64,000 bases of DNA from a virus (IMGVR_UViG_3300010429_001883:64001-128000); one strand, 5' to 3'; numbered from the stretch's first letter, positions 18,521 through 29,353 are shown. Numbers and translations are program-made. The notes: a model not told the origin generated them from the sequence alone.

Positions 18521-20493
18521 TGAAAGATGCCTATACCTTTCTTAAAGAAATACTTGATACGCCCGAAAGAATAGCCAAAAGAAAGGCGATGCACCCGTAT
18601 TGTCAAGAATGCCTCTACGCAACTAATCCTAAAAATTATATTGGCAGTCAACCTGAAAGAAGGTCTCGCGAAACAACAAAGGAGCGTGGCGATCCAGAAT
18701 GTGTTGGCATTTATCTAAAAGAAGATTTTGAATATGGATATACTGAATTACAGAAAGCTGGTTATGTGCAAGTTACGCTTGATGATGTTGTTGATTGGTT
18801 AAACCCGTCTCACTGGGTTCAAAAAAATCTAAGCCTAACTGGGACAGAATTTAAACCATATTGGTATCAAGACAGAACTTTAAAGTGTACAGCTAGACTA
18901 AAAGCATTACGTAAAGGCCGCCGCGCCGGCAAGACAGAATTCATTGCTGCGTATGCTGTTTATAGATTATTTAATCCCCCTAAACCGTTTTGGAAAATTC
19001 TTATAACTTGCCCACAGCAACCACATTCTAAAGAAATATATGAAAAGATTAATGAATTCTTAACAGCTAACCCTGCACTTATAGACTCTGTTATTATTAA
19101 GAAAACACCTTATTTTGAATTAAAGGTTAAGGGTACTAGGGCCAGATTAAGGATATTTACAGCAGGTTCTAAGTCTGGTAATAAAGCATTGGGTGTTCGT
19201 GGTCAGGGTGCCAACGAAATAGTTCTTGATGAAACAGACTACTTGTCTGAAGACGATACAAATACTATTTCTCCTATTTTAACAGATCCTGGTGGAGGTA
19301 TGCTACTTGCAGCCTCGACACTTAATGGTCAAGAAAACACATTCTTTTATAAATTATGCCACATGACAAGTGTTAAGGAATTTTATATTCCTTTTCGAGC
19401 CAGGCCAGATTGGACGCCGGAAAAAGAGCAGTTAGCGAGAGATACTTGTGCCAATGAATTGACTTGGGAACTTGAATATAATGTTCGGTGGGTGGGCCAA
19501 GTTGCCGGGGTATTTCAAAAACAATTTGTTGGTATTGCGTTTAATAGGCATCCATACACATATGAAGATATGAAATTTAATCCTGGATGGAAATATTACT
19601 TGGGCATTGATTGGAATGGAGACAATAACGGCACAAGGTTGATGATTGTTGGGTTTAACCCAGACAAGAAAACACTCCATACAGTTGCTAAAGAAATTGT
19701 GGCATATGAAGGCTGGACGCAGACCAAGGCTATAAGCAAAATAATTGAATTAAATAGAATATGGAAACCCGATCTAATTGTAATAGATAAGGGGTTTGGT
19801 CAATGCCAAGATGAAATTATTAGATTAGTTGGTATTGAGGCAGATAAAGCAGTCCACATGAATAAGGACTTAGGCGAGAGTATTAAATATGACGCTAGAT
19901 TGAAAGATATTGTTGAAGTTGTAGATTTTGGTGGTACAATAGTAGTACCTAATTTGTTTACTAAAACAGATGAACAAAAGTATGCTAAACAATATTTGGT
20001 TGAAAACTTGCAGAGGTTATTTGAATTGCAAGCAATAAGCCTGGCCGAGGATGAGACACTTAAACACCAACTACTTAATTATGTTGTGGGTAAATTTGGT
20101 ACTAAGGGACCTGTGTACAAGGCAGGTAAGGAGGGTGACCACGATCTAGATGCTTTGGCTCTAGCTTGTTTTGGTTTTGCAAAGAAATGTCATTATGAGT
20201 TCCAAGAGAGCGACTCCGTGATAGCAGCAGTTGTTGTAAAGAAAAGTGCCGAGCAACTACAGGCCGAATCAGAGGAGCAGCCACAAAGTTTAGCCATATT
20301 GCATGAAGAACAAAAATACAATAAACATAACGATCCACCACAGATTGCTATTATGCCGAAGTTTAAGAATAAATCAAAAGAGTCGAGGGCAATAACTAAA
20401 AACACTAAAGTAAATAAGGTTCCATCTAGAGTAATTAATAAAGAACCTAATAATATTATAGGTTTTATGCGAGGAAGACATGGGCAGAATTGA
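18520..20493 (+). CDS. Terminase large subunit
   Basis: PYWYQ, GRRAGKT (Walker A), IVLDE (Walker B), AAST, YLGIDW, IDKG, DHDLDAL. Confidence 0.93.
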   Translation: MKDAYTFLKEILDTPERIAKRKAMHPYCQECLYATNPKNYIGSQPERRSRETTKERGDPECVGIYLKEDFEYGYTELQKAGYVQVTLDDVVDWLNPSHWVQKNLSLTGTEFKPYWYQDRTLKCTARLKALRKGRRAGKTEFIAAYAVYRLFNPPKPFWKILITCPQQPHSKEIYEKINEFLTANPALIDSVIIKKTPYFELKVKGTRARLRIFTAGSKSGNKALGVRGQGANEIVLDETDYLSEDDTNTISPILTDPGGGMLLAASTLNGQENTFFYKLCHMTSVKEFYIPFRARPDWTPEKEQLARDTCANELTWELEYNVRWVGQVAGVFQKQFVGIAFNRHPYTYEDMKFNPGWKYYLGIDWNGDNNGTRLMIVGFNPDKKTLHTVAKEIVAYEGWTQTKAISKIIELNRIWKPDLIVIDKGFGQCQDEIIRLVGIEADKAVHMNKDLGESIKYDARLKDIVEVVDFGGTIVVPNLFTKTDEQKYAKQYLVENLQRLFELQAISLAEDETLKHQLLNYVVGKFGTKGPVYKAGKEGDHDLDALALACFGFAKKCHYEFQESDSVIAAVVVKKSAEQLQAESEEQPQSLAILHEEQKYNKHNDPPQIAIMPKFKNKSKESRAITKNTKVNKVPSRVINKEPNNIIGFMRGRHGQN

Positions 20494-20830
20494 ACCATAT
20501 AAATTTGAACCGCCTCCGAGCGAAATACGTTTAGAGGATAAAAAGTCGGCTGTTAAGCCAAAGGATACAACTCAGGAAATTTATCAGCAGAGACTGAAAG
20601 ATTTAATTGATTTGTTAGATTTGATTGCTGAATTGTGTGATTATTCGGAACAACTGATTGATCAAGAAATGAAAGATGTTACTTTAGTTTTTGATCCTCA
20701 GAATTTTCCCGAACTTCATGCTAGTATGAAACGACGGTTTCCTTCAGCCGATCCTACAAAAGTAACATATGAACAATATAAGGATACGTTTAACCTGATT
20801 TCTGATCTTGTTGTTAATGGGGTATGGTAA
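20480..20830 (+). CDS. Hypothetical protein
   Basis: 116-aa ORF after GAGG. Confidence 0.55.
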   Translation: MGRIEPYKFEPPPSEIRLEDKKSAVKPKDTTQEIYQQRLKDLIDLLDLIAELCDYSEQLIDQEMKDVTLVFDPQNFPELHASMKRRFPSADPTKVTYEQYKDTFNLISDLVVNGVW

Positions 20831-22011
20831 TGGAAATTACTGCTAAAGTGCCGGGACTAGATTTGACCAATAAAGTCATTCAAGGATCTACAGCCGCTAA
20901 AAGGTTGGGAGTTGATCGTGGCATGACTGCTGCGGACTCTTGGAATCAATTAATAAGAGGGACTTATGATTTAACTTACCCGCACATTGTTGGTGATTTT
21001 AGGCATATGAAGGATGACTATCAGATTACTAAATTCTCTGTTGCTTCTATCAAAAGGAAAATTCCTGCCTTTGGAAACGTGATGTCTTTGTTTCCTAATA
21101 AATTAGGTTGGAATTTGGCCCTGCCTGATCCTGTGCATGGTTTTGTAAAAAAATCAAAAGTAAGTGCTGAAACGGTTTTTGAATCAGTACAGAATATGGA
21201 CTATACAACTAAGGCGGCAGAAAAACTATTTAATATCGATACCGCTGCATCAACAGCAGCTAAGGGATTATTTTCTGATTTAAATAGTACTTTTCCAGAT
21301 ACCAGTACGAGAGTTGATCTTATTGCTGGGCTAAACCCAGACAATGTTTTAAATGCAGCGTTCTCTGACGGTCAGACCGCAACGCAGTTTAGCTCTTCAA
21401 CCACACAAGCCGCCCCAAGTTCCGCTGTTGATCAAGCTAAACAAAGTGTAATTACACAATTACATGAATCTATTGATGAGGCGGTTTTTGGCGATTCAGA
21501 AGCTATGTTGCCTGCTGTTGGGTACCCAGGAAGCAATATGAATGGTTATGTTTTCTACCAAAAATCAAAGAGCAACAAATGGCTTGTTCCAAACAGTTTA
21601 AGCAGTTTAAATTCTAATAAGCTTATGGTCGTGGTATTTGATGAAGAAGGCTATGAGATTCTTTATGATGAGTTTTTTGTAGATAAAAATTATAACGTTA
21701 CTTTAACTTTTGAAGAGCCTGTTATTGGCCGAGCAGTTATTTTTAGACTGGACGAAGTATATAGACCAGAAATACCCCCAGTGGATGTTGATGAACTTTT
21801 AGAAGCTTTAAGTGAAGATGAGGCTGCTGGAGCCGCCGGAACAACTTCCCCTGTTGACACATTAGATCCGTTGGCTAACTCCCAAATTGGGCCTGATCTT
21901 AGTCAGGTTGATTTAAATGATCCAGCAACTAAAGCCAAGGTTGAAGAAGATTTGATGGGCGGTGAGACGGTTTACAAATTTGAAGATCGTGCTATGCTAA
22001 ACAGGAATTAA
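20824..22011 (+). CDS. Hypothetical acidic protein (possible virion component)
   Basis: 395-aa ORF within packaging/head module. Confidence 0.55.
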   Translation: MVMEITAKVPGLDLTNKVIQGSTAAKRLGVDRGMTAADSWNQLIRGTYDLTYPHIVGDFRHMKDDYQITKFSVASIKRKIPAFGNVMSLFPNKLGWNLALPDPVHGFVKKSKVSAETVFESVQNMDYTTKAAEKLFNIDTAASTAAKGLFSDLNSTFPDTSTRVDLIAGLNPDNVLNAAFSDGQTATQFSSSTTQAAPSSAVDQAKQSVITQLHESIDEAVFGDSEAMLPAVGYPGSNMNGYVFYQKSKSNKWLVPNSLSSLNSNKLMVVVFDEEGYEILYDEFFVDKNYNVTLTFEEPVIGRAVIFRLDEVYRPEIPPVDVDELLEALSEDEAAGAAGTTSPVDTLDPLANSQIGPDLSQVDLNDPATKAKVEEDLMGGETVYKFEDRAMLNRN

Positions 22012-22013
22012 TT

Positions 22014-23366
22014 ATGTTACCAGATAAAATATTAGCTAACGATTTAATTGTTGTTTCTAATACATATGAAAATCAAGTAATGAACTCCGGAGAAGAGTAT
22101 CAAGGAACATTTCATTTTAGCCTCCTTAAGAATCTTCGAATGCTTAAGAATACTGCTCAAACGTTGTCTGAAACATTAAAATCTGTTCCTAGCTATGAGC
22201 CTCCTACAGAGGAAGCTGGCTCAACGACAGAGGAAACAACTGGGAGTACAACAGATGTAGCAAGCGGGGTTAGTTCTGGTTCTGTTAATTCCCTTGTTGG
22301 TGGTTCAGGCGTATCTAGAGGAAGTACCAGCGGCGGTTCTGGTGCAGGTAGTTCTGGGATAAGAGTATCTGGTTCTGGTGGTATTGGCGGTAATTTTGGA
22401 ATTAGAAATGCCATAAGACGCGGATCAATAAACTCAAGAATTGCCGGACCTATTGATACTAAACTTAAAGGAACAGTACCTGGTGATATTTTAGATACTG
22501 TTGAAAAAATTGGTAATATTAGTCTAGGTAATTTGGCAGACGTTATCGATAATTTGACAGGCAATACTGACGCCGTAAAGGCAGCCGGATGCGCGGCCAC
22601 TGCTTTAAGTGTTCTTGGCATGTTTGATAGAAATATTATGGTACAAATTAATAAGGCCTTTTCTTATGCTGGAGCAGTTTCAAACATGATCTCTGCCTTT
22701 ACTGCTGCTCCAATGTCATTCTTTTCATCCTTTTTCGCAGGTGGTGGTCTGTCGGCGTGCATAGACATACCAGTACTTAGTAATATTATTGGCCCTATAA
22801 CTGTTGGTTTGTCTGGTGTTGGTGTTATGGGTCCACACGGGTCTTTAGTATCCGCTGCCGCTTCGGCATCTATGTATGGTAATATGCCATTACTTAGACA
22901 ACTAAAAAGAGTAAGTGCCTTGGCCAGCGGAGTTGCCAATGCCTGTACTGGAAGTCCAGATAATCCTATAAGCCAACTTCTAGAAAAGAGCACAACAGAA
23001 ATGGATAGGCTGTCTCAGCTATTTAAAGATGAAGTAGCTAAATTTTCAGATGTACTTAATAAAGGAATGAAAACAATCAACGACCAAATAAGTGATATAG
23101 GAACTAATTATTTATTTAACAAAATGTCAGACAGTGCGACAAATGATTTTAATTCTTCTGCAAACATTCAAGCACCCGCCGGCGGAAACATTAATATAAG
23201 TGCTGGTAGTTTATTACAAACATTTGGTATATTCCCTCCTACATCTAGTTCAACTAACAGGAAACTAGATTATTTCAGTACCAAACCAAAAACAGGTAAA
23301 GCTGCTGGCAGAATAAAAAGCACATTACAATTATCTGGTACGACTACTAAGCTTTCGTTGAGGTAA
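22014..23366 (+). CDS. Hypothetical Gly/Ser-rich protein
   Basis: 450-aa ORF, low-complexity G/S tract about 22200-22400. Confidence 0.55.
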   Translation: MLPDKILANDLIVVSNTYENQVMNSGEEYQGTFHFSLLKNLRMLKNTAQTLSETLKSVPSYEPPTEEAGSTTEETTGSTTDVASGVSSGSVNSLVGGSGVSRGSTSGGSGAGSSGIRVSGSGGIGGNFGIRNAIRRGSINSRIAGPIDTKLKGTVPGDILDTVEKIGNISLGNLADVIDNLTGNTDAVKAAGCAATALSVLGMFDRNIMVQINKAFSYAGAVSNMISAFTAAPMSFFSSFFAGGGLSACIDIPVLSNIIGPITVGLSGVGVMGPHGSLVSAAASASMYGNMPLLRQLKRVSALASGVANACTGSPDNPISQLLEKSTTEMDRLSQLFKDEVAKFSDVLNKGMKTINDQISDIGTNYLFNKMSDSATNDFNSSANIQAPAGGNINISAGSLLQTFGIFPPTSSSTNRKLDYFSTKPKTGKAAGRIKSTLQLSGTTTKLSLR

Positions 23367-23369
23367 ATT

Positions 23370-25067
23370 ATGGAAAACAATGATAACAATGATGAGATAA
23401 CTGCTGTAGCAGCATACGATCAGCTACTAGAAACAAAGTTGATGGAACCCCATTCATTTGAGAATGGTCGTTTGGTTGTTGTGCGAAGAACCGATTTTAT
23501 GGATAAAGTGTCAATGCGTTCTATCACTAAACCAGATTATGTTGATAGGGGATCTTTTTATTTTAAGTATGATAGAGAGCGGATAGTAAACCCTGAATTT
23601 GATTTTCAGCAAGTATTTACTTATTACCATAATGAGCCTCTAATTGAGAGGGCAATATCTAAACGTGTTAGTTTAATGTTCAAGAATGGTTGGAAGATAG
23701 TAGGTAAGGATAAGAGCCTAGTAAAGCAAATCAATGAAAGGTTTTTTGAGAAATGCTTGATTAGTGGTAAGACTCCTACTAGTTTTCTTATTGAGTTATG
23801 TGAATTATTGCTTAGGTATAGCAATGCATTCATTTATAAGAAAAGAGTAGCTTCTGAAGAAACCAATGAATCGGGTGTTGTTTATAAGGTTGGTAAAAAA
23901 ATAATTAAACCTACAACTACTTACCAACTTATAAGCCCGCTTGTGATGAAGCCAAAATTAGATAAAGATGGCAGAATCATTCAATGGCTTCAATATTCTG
24001 TTGATAAGTCCAGAGAAGTTGCTAAATATAACCCGAACGATATAATTCATTTGCATATGAATAGGGAAACAGGGTTTATATTCGGTAAGCCAAAGATTTT
24101 ATCAATAGTTCAAGATGTTGATGCTCTTAGAAGAATAGAAGAAAACGTGCAAATGCTTATTGCTATTCACTTGTTTCCTCTGTATCAGTATATAGTAGGT
24201 ACTGAAGAGCGTCCTGCAAAAATTCTTCCCAACGGCACAACGGAAGTAGATGCAGTTCAAGAAATGGTAGAATCTCTTCCTACTCAGGGCGTTATTTTTA
24301 CACCAGAGCGGCATAAAATTCAGGCAGTATCCACAGATAGTGTTATGGATGTAAACCCATACCTGAGTTATTTTAAGAATAGATTGTATACTGGTTTGGG
24401 TGTTTCTAGTGTCGACATGGGCGAAGGCGATACTTCTAATAGAGGGACAGCAGTTACTATTTCTCAAGCATTGAAAGATTCAATCGGCTTTGATCAAACA
24501 CTGATTTCTGAAATGCTCAACGCTACAATACTTAAGGATATTATTTTAGAAATTCCAGGGACAAAGAACGAACTTGTTCAGTTATTAATGAGCACCAACT
24601 TCAGATTCTTAACTATTGATGTTGATGAGAAAATAAAGAAAGAAACACATGCTCAGGCTCTATATAATTCTGGGGCAATTTCCCACAATGAGATGAGAGA
24701 CGCCGTTAACCAAGATCCTTGGGTTAGTGAGCAAGATCTTATTGATAATACTACGACTGGAATTAAGTTTAAATTCCAAGTTGTGTTGGCAGAGCTAGCA
24801 GCCAAACTTAAGTCGCAAATGACTACAGCTTCGGCTGGAGGTACAGAACCGAAGACCTCTGCAGCTAAATCCTCTGCATCCACTGAAAGATACACAAGTA
24901 ACATACTTAGGCCCGAAAATGCACAAGGAAAGAAGCTTGATCCTAAAAGACTTACCAATAGTTTGGATTGGTCGGCGTTTGGCCTAGATGCGGAAACTGA
25001 TTCAGATAAGATTAACACAATCTCGGAATGGCTTATAGAAGAGATAGATAAGATCTTTTTAACTTAA
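23370..25067 (+). CDS. Portal protein
   Basis: LISPLVMKP, DIIHLHMNRETGFIFGKP, LGVSSVDMGEG..SNRGTA; position between TerL and protease. Confidence 0.85.
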   Translation: MENNDNNDEITAVAAYDQLLETKLMEPHSFENGRLVVVRRTDFMDKVSMRSITKPDYVDRGSFYFKYDRERIVNPEFDFQQVFTYYHNEPLIERAISKRVSLMFKNGWKIVGKDKSLVKQINERFFEKCLISGKTPTSFLIELCELLLRYSNAFIYKKRVASEETNESGVVYKVGKKIIKPTTTYQLISPLVMKPKLDKDGRIIQWLQYSVDKSREVAKYNPNDIIHLHMNRETGFIFGKPKILSIVQDVDALRRIEENVQMLIAIHLFPLYQYIVGTEERPAKILPNGTTEVDAVQEMVESLPTQGVIFTPERHKIQAVSTDSVMDVNPYLSYFKNRLYTGLGVSSVDMGEGDTSNRGTAVTISQALKDSIGFDQTLISEMLNATILKDIILEIPGTKNELVQLLMSTNFRFLTIDVDEKIKKETHAQALYNSGAISHNEMRDAVNQDPWVSEQDLIDNTTTGIKFKFQVVLAELAAKLKSQMTTASAGGTEPKTSAAKSSASTERYTSNILRPENAQGKKLDPKRLTNSLDWSAFGLDAETDSDKINTISEWLIEEIDKIFLT

Positions 25068-25087
25068 AATTCAAATTTTGAATTTTA
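25065..25087. repeat. 11-1-11 inverted repeat TAAAATTCAAA-T-TTTGAATTTTA
   Basis: Perfect 11-bp arms read directly. Confidence 0.8.
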
Positions 25088-25108
25088 TCTAGAATCTTTT
25101 TAAATTAC

Positions 25109-25141
25109 TATACTATGAGAGCGTACACTTTGTTGTACGCT
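25109..25141 (+). promoter_or_regulatory. YATACTAT motif followed by hairpin AGCGTACA/TGTACGCT
   Basis: TATACTAT 25109-25116; stem 25120-25141. Confidence 0.55.
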
Positions 25142-25161
25142 TATTTTTTATGGAGGGCGAG

Positions 25162-27096
25162 ATGGCCGATAAAATTATATTACCAAGTTTTATGGATACG
25201 ATTGAAGCGGAGTTGAACAAAGATGATGCCAACCTTGCGTGGAAGAACTTTAAACAACAGGATAGTTCTAATGTTGTTAGGGGCCTTTATGTAAAGGCAG
25301 TTGCTACTCACGCAGATAAAATAATTAATGGTCGTATATATGTCAGAGATAGGGTTGCTGCTGGTAGCCAGACATTTATAAAGCCATTTCCTAAGCCAGT
25401 TTCTAAACAACATTCTGATGCAGATCCAATTGGTAGGGTTATAGAGCAAAAGTTTATTGATACAATTGATCTGTTGGGGCCTAAGTTTTACTCATTTAAA
25501 CAGCTTACTTCTAAAGTACATCGGGATAAGTACATAGATTTTTTAGCTGATAACGTTCTTTTTAAAGACAATAATTTAGGCACCGGTTACATTGAATTAG
25601 GTATGGACATCACAGATAAAGAAGCAATTGAAAAAGTTATGGATGAACGATACCTTACAATGTCAATTGAATTTGATACAGATCACTATTATTGTAGTGC
25701 TTGTTATGCCGACTGGAAGGCTGGGGAAGTGTGTGAGCACCGGCCAGGTCAGGTTGTTGAGGAGCGCCCTGTTTTCAATATTACAGATAAGTTGATTTAT
25801 AAGGGTATTGATTTTGTCAATAAGCCTGCCGACGACGGTTCAATTGTTATTCATAAGGGCGAAAAGCCGGCGCATGTTGATGCCTATGTTTTACGAACTT
25901 ATGAAGATAAAATGACTTATTTTAAAGATCACCTGGAGGATTTTAGTATGTTTAAACAACTATTAGAGGGTTTAAAGGCCGGAGAGAAAATTAGTATAGA
26001 TTCCCTTTGGGAAGCCGAAGATTTTAATAGCTATGAGCTTTATAAATTTCTTGGTATTGATGAGAAGCATCAATTAACAGAAGAGGGCTACGCCGCACTA
26101 CCTAAATCTAAATATTGTGGTTTTGGTAACTCGTTGCCAATTGTGGACTCTGTTCACTTTAATGCCATTAAAGAGTTTCTTAAACTATTTGGGCCTAGTG
26201 ATGGAGTTAGCAAGGTTCGCAATCGTGCTTACTATGAAGCACAAAAACTTGGACTACTTCCTTCTTCTGAAGTAACGATTGAGTTAGCTACCGGTGCTGA
26301 CAATGCCAATGAAACTTGGTCTATTAAATCAAACGACGATGTAGCTAAACTTTGCCATAAGCTGTGGGAAACAAACATTGATTCTGAAATACCAGAGCAA
26401 GTTAAACAGAGAATGCTGATCCTAAATCTAGATGCCGAAGAGCTTAAGAATCAGTTTGTTGAACAAAAAGCAGCCCAAGACAGTGCTGAGGTCGAAGAGA
26501 CCAAAACAGAAGAGGAAACAAAGGAAGAGATAAAAGAAGAGATTCAAGAGCAAGCCGATAGTGCTGAGCCCAAAGATGATACTGAACAGAAAAAGGAAAC
26601 TTCTGTAAATGATTTGTATACTATTTTTACGAGTTTGGGAGAAGACCAGCAATGTGAGTTTCGCTCTTTGATAGGAATGGATTCCAATATTGTTCAGCTT
26701 GAAGATAAGATAGGGGCCCTTCAAGCTGAGTTGGAAAAAACAAATAAAGAGCTAGAAGTTCTTAAAGCAGAGTATGAAAATAAAACAAAAGAGATTTTGG
26801 ATTACCATTCTGCTTTAGCAAGCGCTGTTGTTGACCTAAGGATGATTTCAAGGAAACCTGAAACAACTAAGGACAATTACTCAAGAGAAACAGCAACGAA
26901 AGAATTTGCCGGTAGAACAAAAAGCTCATTAATCGATTCTTTGAAGGATTTAAGATCTGAACTTTTCGATCCCTCAGATGAAGGGGCACCTGAAGAGACC
27001 GGAAAAGATGCCGTTGTTGCCAAAGTTAAAGAAGGGCTTGGTAATGCGGTTGATCAGAGTGAATTCTTTAAGATTTTTAGACAACGGAATTATTAA
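25162..27096 (+). CDS. Prohead protease fused to acidic coiled-coil scaffold
   Basis: NGRIY, QHSDADPIGRV, RYLTMSI, CSAC...CEH, IDFVNKPAD; C-terminal E/K-rich coiled coil; ATG 25162 after GGAGGG. Confidence 0.8.
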   Translation: MADKIILPSFMDTIEAELNKDDANLAWKNFKQQDSSNVVRGLYVKAVATHADKIINGRIYVRDRVAAGSQTFIKPFPKPVSKQHSDADPIGRVIEQKFIDTIDLLGPKFYSFKQLTSKVHRDKYIDFLADNVLFKDNNLGTGYIELGMDITDKEAIEKVMDERYLTMSIEFDTDHYYCSACYADWKAGEVCEHRPGQVVEERPVFNITDKLIYKGIDFVNKPADDGSIVIHKGEKPAHVDAYVLRTYEDKMTYFKDHLEDFSMFKQLLEGLKAGEKISIDSLWEAEDFNSYELYKFLGIDEKHQLTEEGYAALPKSKYCGFGNSLPIVDSVHFNAIKEFLKLFGPSDGVSKVRNRAYYEAQKLGLLPSSEVTIELATGADNANETWSIKSNDDVAKLCHKLWETNIDSEIPEQVKQRMLILNLDAEELKNQFVEQKAAQDSAEVEETKTEEETKEEIKEEIQEQADSAEPKDDTEQKKETSVNDLYTIFTSLGEDQQCEFRSLIGMDSNIVQLEDKIGALQAELEKTNKELEVLKAEYENKTKEILDYHSALASAVVDLRMISRKPETTKDNYSRETATKEFAGRTKSSLIDSLKDLRSELFDPSDEGAPEETGKDAVVAKVKEGLGNAVDQSEFFKIFRQRNY

Positions 27097-27116
27097 TTCT
27101 GCTATGGAGGATTTAA

Positions 27117-28052
27117 ATGGCTAGAAATACTTACGGACAGTATACCGCAACTTCACTAACACCTGTGGGGCGCGGTGAAACAACTCCTGGCGTTGAATTG
27201 TGCGAATCAGTAGTGCCCTGGATTGGTAGTAGAGCACTACCGGCTCCATGGCTCCCCATTAAGCGTTGGGATGAGCATGCCAAAAGCGGCGTGGTTATCT
27301 CAGTAGGTGTGGCTGTTGGTTATGATATTAATGGTTATCTTGTTCCCGCCGGCATGGTTGGGGGCACAACCACAGTTACTTATACTTCTTATGACGTAGA
27401 TATGGGCGTCATCAACGTTGCGGACGGAGAGCCTGTCGAAACTGGTGACATCGGAAGTGTAACAGTTCCTTCAGGTCTATTGGGAGGCACTAGCGGGGTT
27501 ATTCCTGTTGGTTTTGCTTCTTATAATTATTATCAACATCTCGGTGGGTTTACAGCTACTGGTACATATGCTTCTGATTATGGGTATACAGTAGATAATG
27601 ACAATCCCATCAAGTATAGACTACACAACACATCTAAAGAAGATCTAGTTGCATTTACTTGTGACTATGTAATTGAAGTACCTTGGATTGGTACGGCTGA
27701 AGATTCTATCTCTGGACTAACTACTAAGGCTTTGTCCTATGCTCACGCATATGGCACATTCTCTTATGGTGGGTTTGTGAAGGTCGATGCAAAGGGTATG
27801 TATATTCCTTCAACTACAAATTATGATAATTTGTTTGTTGGTCAGGTTCTTGGTTACAGAACATACCCTGCTGACGCTCTAAACAGAGTAAAGACGGCGT
27901 ATGAAGGCGCGACTAATACTAGCTGGTCAATGCCCGGCAGTGCTACTGGTGGTGTGCCGAGAGCTATTCATTTAGCTACTGATGGCGCTTACTATGGCGG
28001 AGATACAACTTCTCGTGCCTGCACCAGCATAATCATTAATTTCCAGAAGTAA
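27117..28052 (+). CDS. Virion structural protein (head decoration/cement-like)
   Basis: Strong SD, between scaffold and capsid; PGSATGG motif. Confidence 0.6.
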   Translation: MARNTYGQYTATSLTPVGRGETTPGVELCESVVPWIGSRALPAPWLPIKRWDEHAKSGVVISVGVAVGYDINGYLVPAGMVGGTTTVTYTSYDVDMGVINVADGEPVETGDIGSVTVPSGLLGGTSGVIPVGFASYNYYQHLGGFTATGTYASDYGYTVDNDNPIKYRLHNTSKEDLVAFTCDYVIEVPWIGTAEDSISGLTTKALSYAHAYGTFSYGGFVKVDAKGMYIPSTTNYDNLFVGQVLGYRTYPADALNRVKTAYEGATNTSWSMPGSATGGVPRAIHLATDGAYYGGDTTSRACTSIIINFQK

Positions 28053-28069
28053 TGGAGGGGTGTATAATT

Positions 28070-29353
28070 ATGAACGGCAACTTTAAAGACTACGAGGATT
28101 ATCAGAATCAGTACGCCCAAATGAAGCACATCTGGGCAACCAACGGGTTCGATTTTGATCCCGTTGATAAGCGGCCCCTTCCGAAGCGTCTATCCCTGAA
28201 GGATACTTTGGCATTACCTAATGCCACTTTTTTGATTCCACAGGTATTGACTGAATTTGTCAGAGAGGGCATTGAACCTCTGCTTGTTGGTCCTTCGCTA
28301 CTGCGGAGAATTGATTATAAAGCAGGCATGACAATTAGCTTCCCCGCCATTGGCGGTATGGCTGCTGCTGATTTGGCTCCTGGACAAGAATTTCCGGAAT
28401 ACGGGCCAGACTTGGCCGGCGCTGAACAGACAGAGATCAAGATCTCCAAAAGCGGTCTTGCTCTAAAGTTCCTAGACGATATAATCGAACAGGATAACTT
28501 TGGTCTTATTAGACTCTGGGTTCAGTTGGCTGGTAATGCTTTGGCTCGGCACAAGGAAGTCAAAATTTTCAACTATATCGATGCGTCTGGTGTAACACTT
28601 TACAACAACGCGACAACTCCTGCTACCTATGAAACACCAATGATTGGTAAAACAACCGGTCGTAATGCTGCTGGTGCTTTCAATGGTACTCTAACTCATG
28701 ACGACTTCTTCGAGGCAGTTGCTTTTGGGATGTCTCAGGGTTATGTGTATAATACGGTTCTTATGCACCCATTGACTTGGTCAATGTGGGTTAAGGACCC
28801 ATATATGCGGGCGTTTGCTCTGCAGGCCGGCCGTCCAGATTTCTTCCAAAACTGGACAGGCAACCGCGCAGTAAAGGGCAACAATTGGAATGATCCTATC
28901 CAGGAACTTGGTCCTACCGCTCCTGGTCAGAATGTGACATATGGTTCAGAACTCTCAACCATGCCACAGTGGCTGAACACTGCTCCGCAGTTCCCCAGCT
29001 ACTTCCCATTCCCGATGACAATAATAGTGTCACCGTTTATGCCTATCACTGAAACAACAGATTCCTATGGGAATAAGATGAAGCTAACTGACATCATCCT
29101 ATTTGATCGTAGCAATCTTGGTGCTCTCGTTGTGAAAGACGAGATTCAGACAGCGGAGTGGAAAGAACCTTTCCGCGATGTAACCAAGATGAAGATCTGG
29201 GAATCCTATGCAATCGCTATTTTGAATCAGGGCCAAGGAATTGGCGTACTACGCAATATCCGCGTTGATTCTAATCAGCTGGTGCTACCTGCTCAGACTA
29301 CACTCGATGTTTCTAGCATCCTAGCCACCACTGGTTGGACAGGTTTCGCATAA
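28070..29353 (+). CDS. Major capsid protein
   Basis: LIPQVL..VREGIEP, GQEFPE, KSGLALKF..DII, ALARHKE, LMHPL; distinct codon usage; followed by strong terminator. Confidence 0.85.
   Translation: MNGNFKDYEDYQNQYAQMKHIWATNGFDFDPVDKRPLPKRLSLKDTLALPNATFLIPQVLTEFVREGIEPLLVGPSLLRRIDYKAGMTISFPAIGGMAAADLAPGQEFPEYGPDLAGAEQTEIKISKSGLALKFLDDIIEQDNFGLIRLWVQLAGNALARHKEVKIFNYIDASGVTLYNNATTPATYETPMIGKTTGRNAAGAFNGTLTHDDFFEAVAFGMSQGYVYNTVLMHPLTWSMWVKDPYMRAFALQAGRPDFFQNWTGNRAVKGNNWNDPIQELGPTAPGQNVTYGSELSTMPQWLNTAPQFPSYFPFPMTIIVSPFMPITETTDSYGNKMKLTDIILFDRSNLGALVVKDEIQTAEWKEPFRDVTKMKIWESYAIAILNQGQGIGVLRNIRVDSNQLVLPAQTTLDVSSILATTGWTGFA

Noticed and set aside
22200-22400. G/S-rich tract as a tandem repeat or collagen-like region
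   Set aside because: Low complexity only; no fixed period or Gly-X-Y register
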